This document shows positions 40,105 to 55,538 of a stretch of 64,000 nt of DNA, in pieces. The position numbers and the translations under genes were made by a program. Origin of the DNA: Octopus sinensis (lineage: Eukaryota); contig NC_042998.1 of the NCBI RefSeq assembly GCF_006345805.1, forward strand, positions 182,404,001 through 182,468,000, given 5' to 3'. A model generated the notes under the pieces. The model made no database searches and was not told where the DNA came from. It saw nothing but the letters and a program-made list of their open reading frames with translations. Position 1 is the first letter of the stretch. Every line of letters starts with the position of its first letter.

Positions 40105-40560
40105 TACATACATACATGATGGCTGCCCCCTCGTTATCGAGTATGGCCATTGCACGAAGCTTAACTGTTACTGGTGCTGTGATCGAATGTGACTTTTTAG
40201 CCCAGCTAAAGATCTACAATGTCTTGTACAGAATTGACAACTAAAACCTTTACCGGCAATAGCCGGCTGTAGTTGTAACTGGGCTTCATGTACCTTTGCA
40301 TGTCGTTTAAGTCCTCCTGCCGTATTACACTCTCTTTCACATGCCTGACAGTTATGATTAGTATGGTGTGTAACACCACCACCAGTGGCCAGATTGTCAC
40401 TCATCTGTCTCGCTTTATGACTACGAAGATGACTCTTGAGTCCAGCTTTACTGAGGCAGGGTCTTGTACAGACACTGCATGTCAGCATCAGAGGAAGACC
40501 CTTCCCACCTGGAAATGTAACAGCAATGCCCTTCCTGACATCCCTCCTTACATTCTTATG
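40105..40560 (-). mobile_element. RTE-clade LINE 3' fragment; ORF end with three C2H2 zinc fingers
   Basis: ORF 40168-40695 contains CSVCTRPCLSKAGLKSHLRSH, CQACERECNTAGGLKRHAKVH and CQFCTRHCRSLAGLKSHIRSQH; short 3'UTR and (TGTA)n tail. The ORF start is microsatellite-derived. Confidence 0.75.
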
Positions 40561-41444
40561 CATACATACATACATACATACATACATACAAATACTGTAA
40601 TAAAATAATGACTTCTGAAATAGGTATAATGCACTGTATTTCTGGAAGGGAATAACTGTCACTAGTACATGAGAGATACTTATTTTACAGATCATGGAAA
40701 GACGAAATGCGATATTTGAACTCGGAACGTAAAGTCCACTGTAACAAATACAATTATTTTTATTTGCCCTGAATATAATTTTAATTTTGATGCTATTGCT
40801 TTTATTGTTTTCTGACAGAGATCTGATTTAACCCGAAGATTTGAGCCTTTGCTTGTAAATAAACGGCTTTTTAACCACGTTGGTTATTTTGTTTTAACGT
40901 TAGTGTAAGGCAATACATTTTGGCAAAGGGGGTAAGTTAACTGCAGATTCAGCCTTTCACTGCACTTAATTATCACCCTTGGGTATCTTTAGTCAAGAAA
41001 ATAGAGATGATTACTAACATTTCCAAGTGGTTCGCTCGAAAATTATGGGTGATCTTTCCACATGAAACCGTTGGTTGCCTTGTTAATCCACAAATAAAGA
41101 ATATTTATCCACCAAATGCGGTTTGGAGGACACGAACTCATTGTTCGATTCCAGAGTATACATACATACATACATACATACATACATTTGGACAGAGAGT
41201 GCAAATTCTTAATACATACGCTACAAATGATCACGGTGTCCGGGATTATAAAGATCTGAAAGACCCTCTTAAGATTTAAAGTACGATTGTCAAAACAAGA
41301 TACTTTCTTTCACAACCGAGCTACCAAGCAGGTGGCCGGTCAAAATTTACTGTAAAATTTTAAAAAGAAAGTGAACATATATACACATATAAATGAAGTT
41401 TTATACGTGTATACATACATAATACATGCATACATATATATATG

Positions 41445-41497
<53 letters not shown>

Positions 41498-41500
41498 AAA

Positions 41501-41544
<44 letters not shown>

Positions 41545-41550
<6 letters not shown>

Positions 41551-41750
41551 GGGAAAGTTTACGAAAAAAACAAAGGACGAAGACAGGTGGTGTACAAAAC
41601 AAACAGATGTATTAGTATAACGCTCAGGAATAGAAAAAAGTCTTTTACGTTTCGAGCCTACGCTCTTCTACAGAAAGGTATACAGAAAAAACAAGGAGAT
41701 AAAGAAGGAGAGAAAAAAATGTGTGTAGTGGCTAACGATCTATCATGGCG
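41545..41750 (-). mobile_element. pLTR-like element with a degenerate minimal HHR
   Basis: Minus strand 41642-41677 reads CTTT-CTGTAGA-A-GAGC-GTAG-GCTC-GAAA-CG-TA-AAAG. Confidence 0.6.
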
Positions 41751-42309
41751 ATGTTTGTATATGTATATATAAAACGTATGTGTGTGTGTGCGTCTGTGTG
41801 TATTATGTATATATTATATATAATGTTCTCTTTTATTTTAGGATGACAGGATGATATTTCACGGACATTTTAGCTATTTTTTCGATCGCCCTTAACCATA
41901 ATAATATATCAATCATACTTGTCAACGCCAAATGGGCACTTTTGAATTTCGCAATGTTCATTCGTGACTACAAGAGAGAAATAATAAATGGCCACGAATG
42001 TACGAATACATGTACAGTGGGGGCCCTATTCATTTATGTTTTCATCGGTGTTCGAGGCTGAATCACGCCTGTAAATTATCGCTTTTTAATACAATGTAAT
42101 GTGAATAACGAAAATAATACAGTGTATCAGATAACTTGACTTAAATCAAGATATATTTAGATATGAGAAACAATATCTATTGTATGTGTGTCGTCGTGTG
42201 TTTATGTGTGTATATACATATATGCATATATGTATATACATATATGCATGTATATGTATGTGCGTATGTATATGTATGTATGTGCGTATGTATATTATAT
42301 AATTATACA

Positions 42310-42685
<376 letters not shown>

Positions 42686-43192
42686 GTATGCGCGCGTATG
42701 AGTATATACATCATACTCACAACAAAGGAAAGAGAGAAAAGCGAAAGAAATACGACAATACAAAGAACAAAAATTGGTGAAAAAAAAATGAAGAATGTTG
42801 ACATGAAGAATAGTCGCGTTTTAGATCTAAATCAATTTAGTTATCGCTGTCCAACATAAAAGATAAAAATATACGAGTATATAAATCATAAACATATCAT
42901 TTACAAAAAGGCGATCCATAAGATTGATAAAATGCTATAGATACACACATCACATTCTTAGGGACATTTTATTCTTTTGGCTCATATTTACACGCATGGT
43001 ATATGTAGAAATAGGTATACACGGACGAAAGTATGTATAGTATGTTATATATGTATTTAAAGTGGCAAAAAAATGTAAAATGTATATATGTATGTATGTA
43101 TGTATGCATACATACATACATGCATATATTAGTATATTAGTATATATACATACATATATACACATACATATATATGTATGTATGTGTGTACG

Positions 43193-43234
<42 letters not shown>

Positions 43235-43366
43235 CGCGTGCGTGGTGTGTGTGTGTGTATGTGTGTGTATATATGCGTGTATGTATATATACTAATACAC
43301 CTGCTTATCGTTTATACAACTATCTTCGTCTTTTGTTTTCCTGTAAATTTCAACTATATATCTGTA

Positions 43367-43425
<59 letters not shown>

Positions 43426-43580
43426 TTTATGTATGCAAGTATGTGTGTGTGCGTGTGTACGTGTCTATATATTTATATGTATATATTTATATATACGTTT
43501 AAAATAGACTCTCTAGCCATAGTATAAAATACACTTGGCTATCAAGATACACGCGCACGCTTACACACACACACCTATTT

Positions 43581-43613
<33 letters not shown>

Positions 43614-43654
43614 TATACATACACATATACATACATACATACACACACACACAC

Positions 43655-43687
<33 letters not shown>

Positions 43688-43689
43688 TG

Positions 43690-45086
<1,397 letters not shown>

Positions 45087-46240
45087 TATTGTTCATTGAT
45101 ATAATATGAATTATGGGTTTGTCAGAAGATATTTGCAACGTAAGAAATATTTTCCCGTTATAAAGGAAGAAAATGACTGATTTCACATCTCTGACAAGCC
45201 TATAAACTAGCAAGGTTTAAAATTTTTATCTGTAATCCCAAAGAGATTTCTTCATCTTCTTACAGACTGTTACTGTTTTTTTCAGCTGAGTCCTACACAG
45301 AAACAAATCACGATCGGAACTCGCCGATGCAAACGTTAAGTGAAATGTAATTGCTCGACCAAGAACTGAGCCTGCGTCGCAAAATCAACTTGCTGGGCGC
45401 TTGTGAACATTCGACGTTGTTTCTAGCGAGCCAACGTGGAGTCTTTATGTGTTCGTTCGACCTGCTAGAAATAGCAACCAAACCTCTCTCTCAAATTCTA
45501 TCTTACCCTCTCGAAAAGAATGGGGGAATATTATATAACGTAGTCCTAGATGTACATTACCATAGGAAAGGACGGGTTAGCCATAACTGGAACGCTTTTG
45601 ATCGTAGGTCTACGTATTCTTGTCTGGCCTGGAATAAACAGCAATTATAACCATTCATGTAAAACTGCTCTGCTAACAGATATGTTCTTCAGGAATATTA
45701 TTATACATTAGGACATTTCTATATAATATATATCTTTTTATTTTTCAATTATAACAGTCAATGGACTGTGGTCACGCTAGGACACAGCCTTGAAGGGTTT
45801 GAGTCAAACAGATCGACCCCAGTATTCATTTTATAAGTTTCTTTTCTTGAATCTCTAAGTTATGGAGACATAGACCGACAATGGTTGTCAAGTAGTGGTG
45901 GGTGGAAGAAACACAGGCACAAAGACACGCGCACACATATTCATATATTTAACATATATTATTATATTACAATGAAGTTCCACTCAGTTTCTATTTCCCA
46001 AATTCACTTACCAGTCGGCGCTATTGTGGAAAACACTTACCTAGGATTGAGCCCGAGCTCCTTAACCACAAAGCCTGTCTGCGATGACCGTGGTCAACGA
46101 ACTCGGAAAACGCTGGAAAAGTTTAAGAGTGGGGCATGAAAATTTTAGTAATCCTAAGCAGGTGTTATTGCATAGTTGCTTATTCAAATCTCCTATGTTT
46201 ATTATCCATTTTGTAATCCATTCAACCAAACTATAATATA

Positions 46241-46471
46241 TATTTCTTTACTGCCCACAAGGGGCTAAACATAGAGGGGACAAACAAGGACAGACAAAGG
46301 GAGTAAGTCGATTACATCGACCCCAGTGCGAAACTGGTACTTAATTTATCGACCCCGAAAGGGTGAAAGGTAAAGTCGACCTCGGCGGAATTTGAACTCA
46401 GAACGTAACGGCAAACAAAATACCTCTAAGTATTTCGCCCGGCGCGCTAACGTTTCTGCCAGCTCGCCGCC
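46241..46471 (-). mobile_element. SINE family A monomer with 12-bp TSD
   Basis: TSD aactataatata at 46229-46240 and 46473-46484. Confidence 0.9.
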
Positions 46472-46791
46472 TAACTATAATATAAAGCAGAAGACACTAG
46501 CGATTAGATATAGAATCAAATGTACGATGAATCGAAAACGGTTTGGAAATCTAAAACAATCAAAAGAAACACACCCCGTTTCAAGATTTATTTATAGATA
46601 TGGTTCCTTCTGATTATATATATCTGACTCAACGGTACTTGTTTGCAGGTTAATAGGCTGGAACCAGTAATAATTTAATGTTTTGACAAGCACAAAACAT
46701 TATCGTTGAGAAAACATGAACTGCTGAATATGATGTAAGACGTCTAGCCTCCTACTGATTCAGCCAGATCGCAGAAAGGACTTTAGTTCTT

Positions 46792-46878
46792 TAGTTTGGT
46801 TTAGCTTCCTGTAAGAAATTGAGTTCTATAGTTTGGTTTAACTTGCTATAAGGAATTGAGTTCTATAGTTTGGTTTAG
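46792..46878. repeat. 37-bp minisatellite, about 2.4 units
   Basis: Units start tagtttggttt at 46792, 46829 and 46866. Confidence 0.85.
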
Positions 46879-47436
46879 TTATCACAGTTCAGGCAATTCT
46901 GAAGTATAGCCTTTTGATATATTTTATTTTGCTTATATGAGCACTTATTCGTAAAAAGAAGGTCAAGCAAGCATTGGAGTACATAATCATTCATTTCAAC
47001 TGCACGATACATCAAATCTCCCAAGAAGCTGCGTGGTGTTTGTGAGTATAAGTTCAGTGCAATAGAAATATTTACGTGTCGTGGATATAATTGCTCCAAA
47101 GCATGTGTTTAGAAACGTATAATTAAAAATGAACGTAGACGTACAAGAACGACGCCATTAGACAACAATAACAACAACTATAACAACAACAAATACAACA
47201 ATAGCAACAAAAATGGGGACGACGGTGTCGTTAAAACAAAACCCGGGAAAGTAATAATGTTTTCTGCAATATATGCAAACTGCACTTTGTGACTAAATAA
47301 GGGTATTAACATATTTATGTTGGGTGTCTGCAATTGCCTTGTTTAGTATAATCTAACGCGATTTATCCGTGAGTGTATGTATATGTGTATGTGCGCACGC
47401 GCGTGTGTGCGTATATACATATATAAATAGATACAT

Positions 47437-47494
<58 letters not shown>

Positions 47495-47599
47495 GCACAC
47501 ATGTAAGTATGTAGATAGATATATACATACATAAATAGATACATACATACATAAATACACACATATTTATATATATATATACATACATACATACATACA

Positions 47600-47630
<31 letters not shown>

Positions 47631-47633
47631 CTA

Positions 47634-47729
<96 letters not shown>

Positions 47730-49159
47730 GTACATACTTATGTGTGTATGTATCTACTAAGTCTTTTAAATGTATTTATGAACTATCCTCTAATGCAAGG
47801 AGAGAGTGCCACAGCACAAACTCTTACTGTTGATATTTAATTCTAATATATAGCTTAGTTTCTAGTTAATCCTGGCAAGAAATAAATTGAGCCAGTCGGG
47901 TAAACAGAGTCGGAGTGAAAGACTTCATACGTAACTATAAATTTACTTCCGTTGAAATTCTGCATCGAGTAATGCTTCAATTGTTTTCTAATTTCAGAAC
48001 TAACTTAAAACAAAACTGACAGCGTCGTGGTCGGATCTTTTGTAATATAAACATACACTCAATCACACACAAATATATAATATTTGCATGTATGTATGTA
48101 TGTTTATCAACACATATATACATATACATAGACGCGCGTGCACACACACATACACACACACTCAAGCACACACACATATATATATATATATATGTGCCTG
48201 GAGTATGTAGTGCCATTTTAATACTGTGTTACAAGTGTTTCATTACAATAAGGGAAATATATGTATATAAATATTAGTATTGATAATGTCTTGCAAACAA
48301 CTTGCACATACCGGAAGCCAGCAAGTGTATGGGGTCATCAGGAGAGAATGCGTGCTGTTTCGGGGCCTACCTCTCGACGGCATCAATGCGCCCCCCCCCC
48401 CGCCTCACTGATATGAGACCCCGCTTGCTAGATCAACTGGTTATCATAAATATATGTATATAATTATTAGTACTAATAATAATAATGTAGATATAATAAA
48501 CTCATAATATTGTTTTGAATCTGTGTCTGAAGTTGTACAGATTTACATGTGTGTATTATGAATTTATTTTATTTATATTATTATTGATATTTTGAGCTGA
48601 GTGGAGATGTTAGATTCCCTTGTTCGAAAATATAAGGACACAGATCGTGTCGTATAGCCAGCTGAAGACGATGTCTCCTGGGGCTAAATTACAGCAACAT
48701 TTGTCCTAAACCAGGACTGCCATGTTATATTGGCAAACAATCTTTAATATGTCTGTTAATAAATGCATTTATGAATATGTATGAATCTATATATGTCTAT
48801 ATCAATACGTGTATATGTGAGCGAATGTTGCATCAAATGAATGTATCTATAAATGTGTTTGCGTGTATGTGTGAGTGTGCATTTATTTATACATGAGTAT
48901 ATACACTCACGTATACATACGTGTATGTGAGTGTGTGCCTCTATGGAGATGAATATGTATGAATACGATAATGCATGTATATACACATTTGTCTTGATGT
49001 ATATATTCGTATGTTATATGTATTTATAAATGTGTGCGTGCGTGCGCGCGTGCGCGTCTGTGAGTGTTCGTGCGTGTATTTACGTGTGCGTGTGGTTTTT
49101 CTGAGTGTATGTGCTTGTAGAAGGTTCCTTAATATACACACGCTAACTTTGAAAGTACA

Positions 49160-49591
49160 GGATCTTTTCGGTTTGAACGGCAGTTTTTTCTAGCGGTGTC
49201 ATATGAAATTGTCACCTATAATTATGACCCTAGTATCGATCTATTGTATTTCAATCTGTTTTAGGGTTAGGGTTAGTTAGAGTTAGGGTTAGGAGTCGGG
49301 GGAAGGGTATCGTTTTTCTTCAGAAATGTAGATAAACCCAATCTGTTTCTTAAACGAGGGACATATTCATACGGCACAGAATGTTTTCACCCCAAATGGA
49401 CGTCACTGATTGGTTGAAATTGCAGAAATTGAAAAAAACAACAACAAATATCTTACAAACTATAGAATTTTCTCAATAAAGCCAAGAGAAAAAGATGTTT
49501 TATAAACACATTCTACCAGTATACGAAGTTTAAAAGTGTTTAGTTACGTGGAAACTATTTTTAAAAACTGCCGTTCAAACCGAAAAGATCC
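49160..49591. mobile_element. GGATC-TIR MITE copy 3
   Basis: TIRs intact; flanks aaagtaca/aaaataca (8 bp, 1 mismatch). Confidence 0.9.
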
Positions 49592-50387
49592 AAAATACAT
49601 TTACTATAAGCTTGAAGAGCAACATAATCGTCCTTCATTTGATCAAATCTGGATCCCGTCTTGAATGTAAACCAGTTTATCAAATCAACAAAGGATATTT
49701 TATAACCCTTTGCAAATTTTTCCACTATGAAAATGAACAAGACGCGTTAAATTATATTCTTTTCTCGAGCCATAGGTGAAACAGGTCAGACGTATACATC
49801 TACAAATATGCCTGCTCGCACATTTACGCAGACGTATTCGCAACCGTATAAAATGTCACCTATTTGAACATTTCCGAAATTCTTTCGGAATAATGACACT
49901 CCGCTCTTACTTGCTTCTTTTACGTTATCTTTTTTTCTAAGCCTCTATAATTTTTTTTCTCCGATGTTCTGTTCTCTGTTTTTTTTTTTCTTGTTTTTCT
50001 ATAATCTTTTTCTTTATTTTCTTACTGATTTTAATTCATTTTCATCCTTTTGGGTTCTCGCAATTTTTATTTTATTGTTTTCTTATTCTTCATTTTCTTT
50101 TGCTCTTCCGTTTCCCTACGTATTTTTTTTTACTTAAATACACGTATAAACAATTATCCTGCCAATATTCTTTCCTTAGTCACTTGATCGAAACTAATGT
50201 ATGGCTATCTATATAAGTGACAACGCTAGTCAAATGAAGACCTCGATAAGAAACCTTAAGAAACGATTCATGGAGACTCGGCTTTGAATAAATAATATTA
50301 TTCCAGTCTATATAACATCATTTAAAAAAATTCGCTTAACTACAACTCACGCCATTGTTAACCCCATGTCTCTCTTTCTCTCTTACC

Positions 50388-50465
<78 letters not shown>

Positions 50466-50646
50466 GCATGTGTGCGTGTCTGTGTCTGTGTGCGCGCGCG
50501 CGTGGGTGTATATGTGCGCATGTGTATATACATACACATACATTCATACATCCACTAACACACACACATATATATATATGCGTGTGTGTATGTATGTATA
50601 TATATATATATATTATATATATATATATATGTATGTATGTGTGTGC

Positions 50647-51200
50647 TCAGGTCACTTTCGAGTGCTACTGGTAACATGTAACCTAGTACAACCTGTTGCA
50701 TGGTCGGGTCGTCGTCGACTAAACCGGCAACCCCACCAAGCTTGCTTGGTGAGGAGGGTGTTTATTGGACACCCTGCGGGATGAAAAACAAAACCCATCA
50801 ATGGGCGGAGGAACTCTTGAGAGTCAGCGGCCATCCAATAAATGTCTTAAGGCTGTATCATGCGTGGGGACATAGAAATAATCGGACTGAATACCAGATC
50901 GCGCGGTTAAACCATTGGGAGTGAAGGACTCCTAGCCTTTGTTAGGGCATCCTTCTAGGAGAAGGTAACTCAGTAAACTGGGATAACTCCGACATAAAAC
51001 CTGCGGTTCAGTGGTTACCGATGATGTTGACTTGTTCTTCTTTTCGGATTATGGGTGCTGTTGCTTAGTGAGTGGGATTGACTCAGTGGACAGCCTTTCC
51101 TCACTTAAAAAAAAATCTTCTTGCACAGGCATTGCACGATGACAACATTGATTAAACTTCGCGCAATGGCCATACTCGATAACGAGGAGGCAGCTACCAT
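50647..51200 (+). mobile_element. About 550-bp non-autonomous RTE-related element, copy 2
   Basis: Colinear with 20751-21304. Confidence 0.75.
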
Positions 51201-51921
51201 GTATGTGCGTATGTATGTATAAATCGTTTGAAGTGGTGTTCAAATTTTATATATCAAGAAAAAGAAGGTTGTCAGGATTTGGATGAAAATTATTTATTTA
51301 GCGCTTTTGCCCTTTCAGGGATTCATTATGAATGGTTTCTTACAGAAAATTCATTCTATTTGTATGTATGTGAGTTACTGGAAAACTTTTTTCGATCAAT
51401 TTACATTTATATATATATATAAGGTAAGGATTTCATATTAAAAAATCGATACCAATATTCTAGTTAGGACAAATTCCAGTAACTGTAGTGTAGAAACCGA
51501 GAGGAACATAATGGAGAACATCCAGCACATAGCTAACCCATACACATAGACAAACCCATACACATAGACACTCAAACACGCACACACGAGGAGACAGAGG
51601 TACACACACACACATACACACTCCACACACACAAACACATATACACACAAACCCACACACACATACAAACACACAAACATGCACACACAAACACATGAAT
51701 ATGCAGAATACATATATACAAACGTATACACACGCAAAATATTCTTCAACACACGAATTCGCATAAAGAATCTTGCAAACCAAATACAAAAACAAAGTAA
51801 AAATCATTCATAAAGAATCTCTAAAAGTGACGAAAGCGCTAAATAAATAGTTTTTATCCAAATTCTGACTACTTCCCCCCTCTCTCTATCTATATATATA
51901 TCTGTATGACTGTGTGAGTGT

Positions 51922-51962
<41 letters not shown>

Positions 51963-53120
51963 TGTGCATGTGCGTGTATGCATGTGTGAAGCATTGTTGA
52001 GTAATTATGAAACACAGGCATGAGATGGAGGGAAGTACAGAGCAATCGTGGCAGAGATAATAGTAATACTAATAATTATGATATTAATAAAAATGAAAAC
52101 AAAGAGAAACGAAATATGCGCATTTTTTCTTTATTTTAATTTCAAATTCAAATTTTTAATCCCATCAAATAATAATGTAATAAATGTCTTCTAATCGGCA
52201 AAGCTTTGATTCGAAACGGTGCTATTAAACCATTGACGATCGTCAGGGCGTTATGTTTACAAAAAGATGCCTCTTCCATTACATAACGAGGGATTACTAC
52301 TATGGAATAGCAGCTTGAAACCAATATATATACCTCAAAGAATATATCGAAAACGGCTCATGAATTTTGTTAACAGTTTAAACTAAAATATTGGCTACTC
52401 TAAAAGACTGTCACAAGGTAGAACTCTCTGGCAATGGTGATCCTGTGTGTAGACACTTTTCTCTCGCTTGCCAAACTACCATCGCTCTTTGAAGAAAATG
52501 AAAAAAAAAAAAAGGAAAAAGCATTCCTTGAACTCCTTCCAGACTTAAGTCATTTTCCATCGACAAGAAATATCACTCCTTATAAAATGTTTAAATGGTA
52601 TATCTCAGGTTATATAATGTTGGCGATTTCTAAAAAGAATGAAATAGTGCGACCATTAGAAAAAGAATATGAAAAAGGAGATAAGAAAACAAAGCGTCTA
52701 TCCTATGCATCCTTTTCCTTATTTCAATTTTCTAATCCTGCCAAATATTATAAAGAAATGATTATCTCCCTTTTATCAACTGCCCGATAGGAGTCAATAT
52801 GAATTTAAGATGAAATGCTATTCGGAAAGAAGAAGATACTTGTAAGATATTTGTATTGGAAGTAAGAGAAAAATAAAAGTAAATGAAATATTAAAATATA
52901 AGTAATAATAAATCTCTGAGCGAGATATAAACAGTAACTGCTCTATAACATAAGGGGGATCAGCCATCTGAATGTGGCTAGGGACAGGGCGGGGTGGTGG
53001 GGGTGTTACTGATGCATTTAGCCCCAGGCGATCATCGACGTCACCAGAAGGGCTGACACCATCTCGGTGTCCTTGCCAGCCTGCAAAGGGAGATCAGCCT
53101 CCCCGAAGATACGGATACTA

Positions 53121-53163
53121 CATACGGACCGGTTTCGAGGTATTTGCCTCTTATCAACGCATG
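53121..53163 (-). ncRNA. Minimal type I hammerhead motif, U3-A8 variant (mirror copy)
   Basis: Exact reverse complement of 53366-53408. Confidence 0.65.
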
Positions 53164-53365
53164 GTAAGCACCGTTCTTCGTTGAGGGACTCCCTCTACAG
53201 GCTGGATATATAAGGATTTTCACAGTAAATACATTTACTGATGTAGAAAAACCGTTCAAAAACAATAATAAATCTCTGAGCGAGACATCAGTAAATGTAT
53301 TTACTGTGAAAATCCTTATATATCCAGCCTGTAGAGGGAGTCCCTCAACGAAGAACGGTGCTTAC

Positions 53366-53408
53366 CATGCGTTGATAAGAGGCAAATACCTCGAAACCGG
53401 TCCGTATG
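53366..53408 (+). ncRNA. Minimal type I hammerhead motif, U3-A8 variant
   Basis: Stem I CATGCG/CGTATG; core TTGATAA; stem II GAGG-caaata-CCTC; GAAA; palindromic ACCGGT; cleavage triplet GUC. Confidence 0.7.
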
Positions 53409-54024
53409 TAGTATCCGTATCTTCGGGGAGGCTGATCTCCCTTTGCAGGCTGGCAAGGACACCGAGATGGTGTCAGCCCTTCTGGTGACGTCGATGATCG
53501 CCTGGGGCTAAATGCATCAGTAACCCCCCTACCACTCCGCCCTGTCCCTAGCCACATTCAGATGGCTGATCTCCCTTATGTTAAAATATAAGTATTTAAT
53601 ACAAATGTAGATAAAAATAGGTAAAAACTAGGAGATAAACATAGAAAAACTCCTTTGTGGTAAATGAAGAGTAGAATAGCACTAGTAAGGAAAAGAGATG
53701 GCAGGGTAGGAGTAGGTGTTAAAGGTTAAAACTTGAAAGGAATTTAAAAGGGTGTTATAAGTTAGACCATATAGGAAAGTGGGGGGTGCGTTGTAGCGAG
53801 GTTGTGACTTGGAAGTAGTGTAGTTTGTAAAAGAAGGAATGAAATAGAGATGGAAATTAAGGAGAGGTGGGGGGAGAGAAGAGCTGGTGAGGAGAAAAAG
53901 AAAAGGAAGAAAGAAAATGAATTAAGATAAGGAAGTAAGATAAGAGAGAGTATTTCATGTATAAAATTTCTGGTATTTAGCATATGACAATAAAGGAAAT
54001 AAAGATATAAGCAAAATAGATATT

Positions 54025-54465
54025 CTTTTCTTTTCTTTTCTACTCTAGGCACAAGGCCCGAAATTTTTGGGGAGGGGGCCAGTCTATTAGATCGACCCCA
54101 GTACGCAACTGGTACTTAATTTATCGACCCCGAAAGGATGAAAGGCAAAGTCGACCTCGGCGGAATTTGAACTCAGACCGTAAGGACAGACAAAATACCG
54201 CTAAGTATTTCGCCCGATGTGCTAATGTTTCTTATTTCTTTATTGCCCACAAGGGGCTAAACACAGAGGGAACAAACAAGGACAGACAAAGGGATTAAGT
54301 CGATTATATCGATCCCCAGTGCGTAACTGGTACTTATTTAATCGACTCCGAAAGGATGAAAGGCAAGGTCGACCTCGGCGGAATTTGAACTCAGAACGTA
54401 ACGGCAGACGAAATACGGCTACGCATTTCGCCCGGCGTGCTAACGTTTCTGCCAGCTCGCCGCCT
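54025..54465 (-). mobile_element. Composite SINE A (two tail types) with 17-bp TSD
   Basis: TSD taagcaa(a/t)atagatatt at 54008-54024 and 54466-54482. Confidence 0.9.
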
Positions 54466-55311
54466 TAAGCAATATAGATATTAAGAGAGATTAGTTGTTA
54501 TGGGTGTTTAAGGATGATGTAAGAAGCTGTGGGATGAATATTTAAAGATAATGAAACTCTATTACGTAGAAGTCGACAGGTAAAAGGGAGGGAGAGGGGT
54601 TGACGACTGGTTAAGAGTCGCTATTAAAGATGAAAGAATGTAAAAGAATTCAGGAAGTTGAAAGAAGTAAAAGGTATGAGAAGTGCGATTGGGAAAGCCA
54701 AGTCAGGTAAGCTGCTTGTTATGAAAGTGAAAGTGCGGGTGAGGTTTTGTTGGACTGTGTAGTTGTTTATGGAGAAGATGAATAAATAAAACGGTGAGGT
54801 GACAAAGAAGAACGGAAGACGAAGAGAATTGAAGAAGAAAAGAAAGTAAGGAAGTATTAGGATAATGATATCGGAGATTAAAGTAAAAAAAGGAACGTGG
54901 AAAAGTAAGGAATAAAAGGAAAAGGAGAATAAGTACGAAAGATAAAACGGAAAAAGAGGCCTTAACTATAGAGATAAACTACAGATGGTGAGACGGAAGA
55001 AGGCTTCTGGGAGATAAAAGAAAGTGAGCTTGTGGAAATATGATATTTTCAAATATAAAATATAAAAATATGAATAAATAAGAAAGAGGCTGGTATAAAG
55101 AAGAATAAGAACTCGGCGCAAAGATAATCTGGTTAGTATGATTTACAATGAACAAGTGAAGAAAATTAAAAATGATTTTACTGTAATAATGTAAAAAATA
55201 TGATTACACGAAAATAGTTGCGCTTAAGACATGTAAAGTGTGTTATTGGGTAGGGTGCACGTGGAGTATGAGAAATAACAGGAATGTTTCTTGAGTAAGG
55301 ATAATGATATA

Positions 55312-55476
55312 GGCGCAGAAGTGGCTGTGTGGTAAGTAGCTTGTCTACCAACCACATGGTTCTGAGTTCAGTCCCACTGCGTAGCACCTTGGGCAAGTGT
55401 CTTCTACTATAGCCTCGGGCCGACCAAAGCCTTGTGAGTGGATTTGGTAGACGGAAACTGAAAGAAGCCCGTCGTA

Positions 55477-55538
<62 letters not shown>

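Larger units (their letters stand above)
52905..53580. mobile_element. TSD-bounded fold-back element (299-bp inverted arms) carrying HHR motifs
   Basis: Arms 52946-53244 and 53285-53583 with 4 mismatches; 14-bp TSD ttaaaatataagta at 52891-52904 and 53581-53594. Confidence 0.9.

Noticed and set aside
52972-53557. Paired near-identical ORFs on opposite strands
   Set aside because: Automatic consequence of the 299-bp inverted repeat; no recognisable domain.
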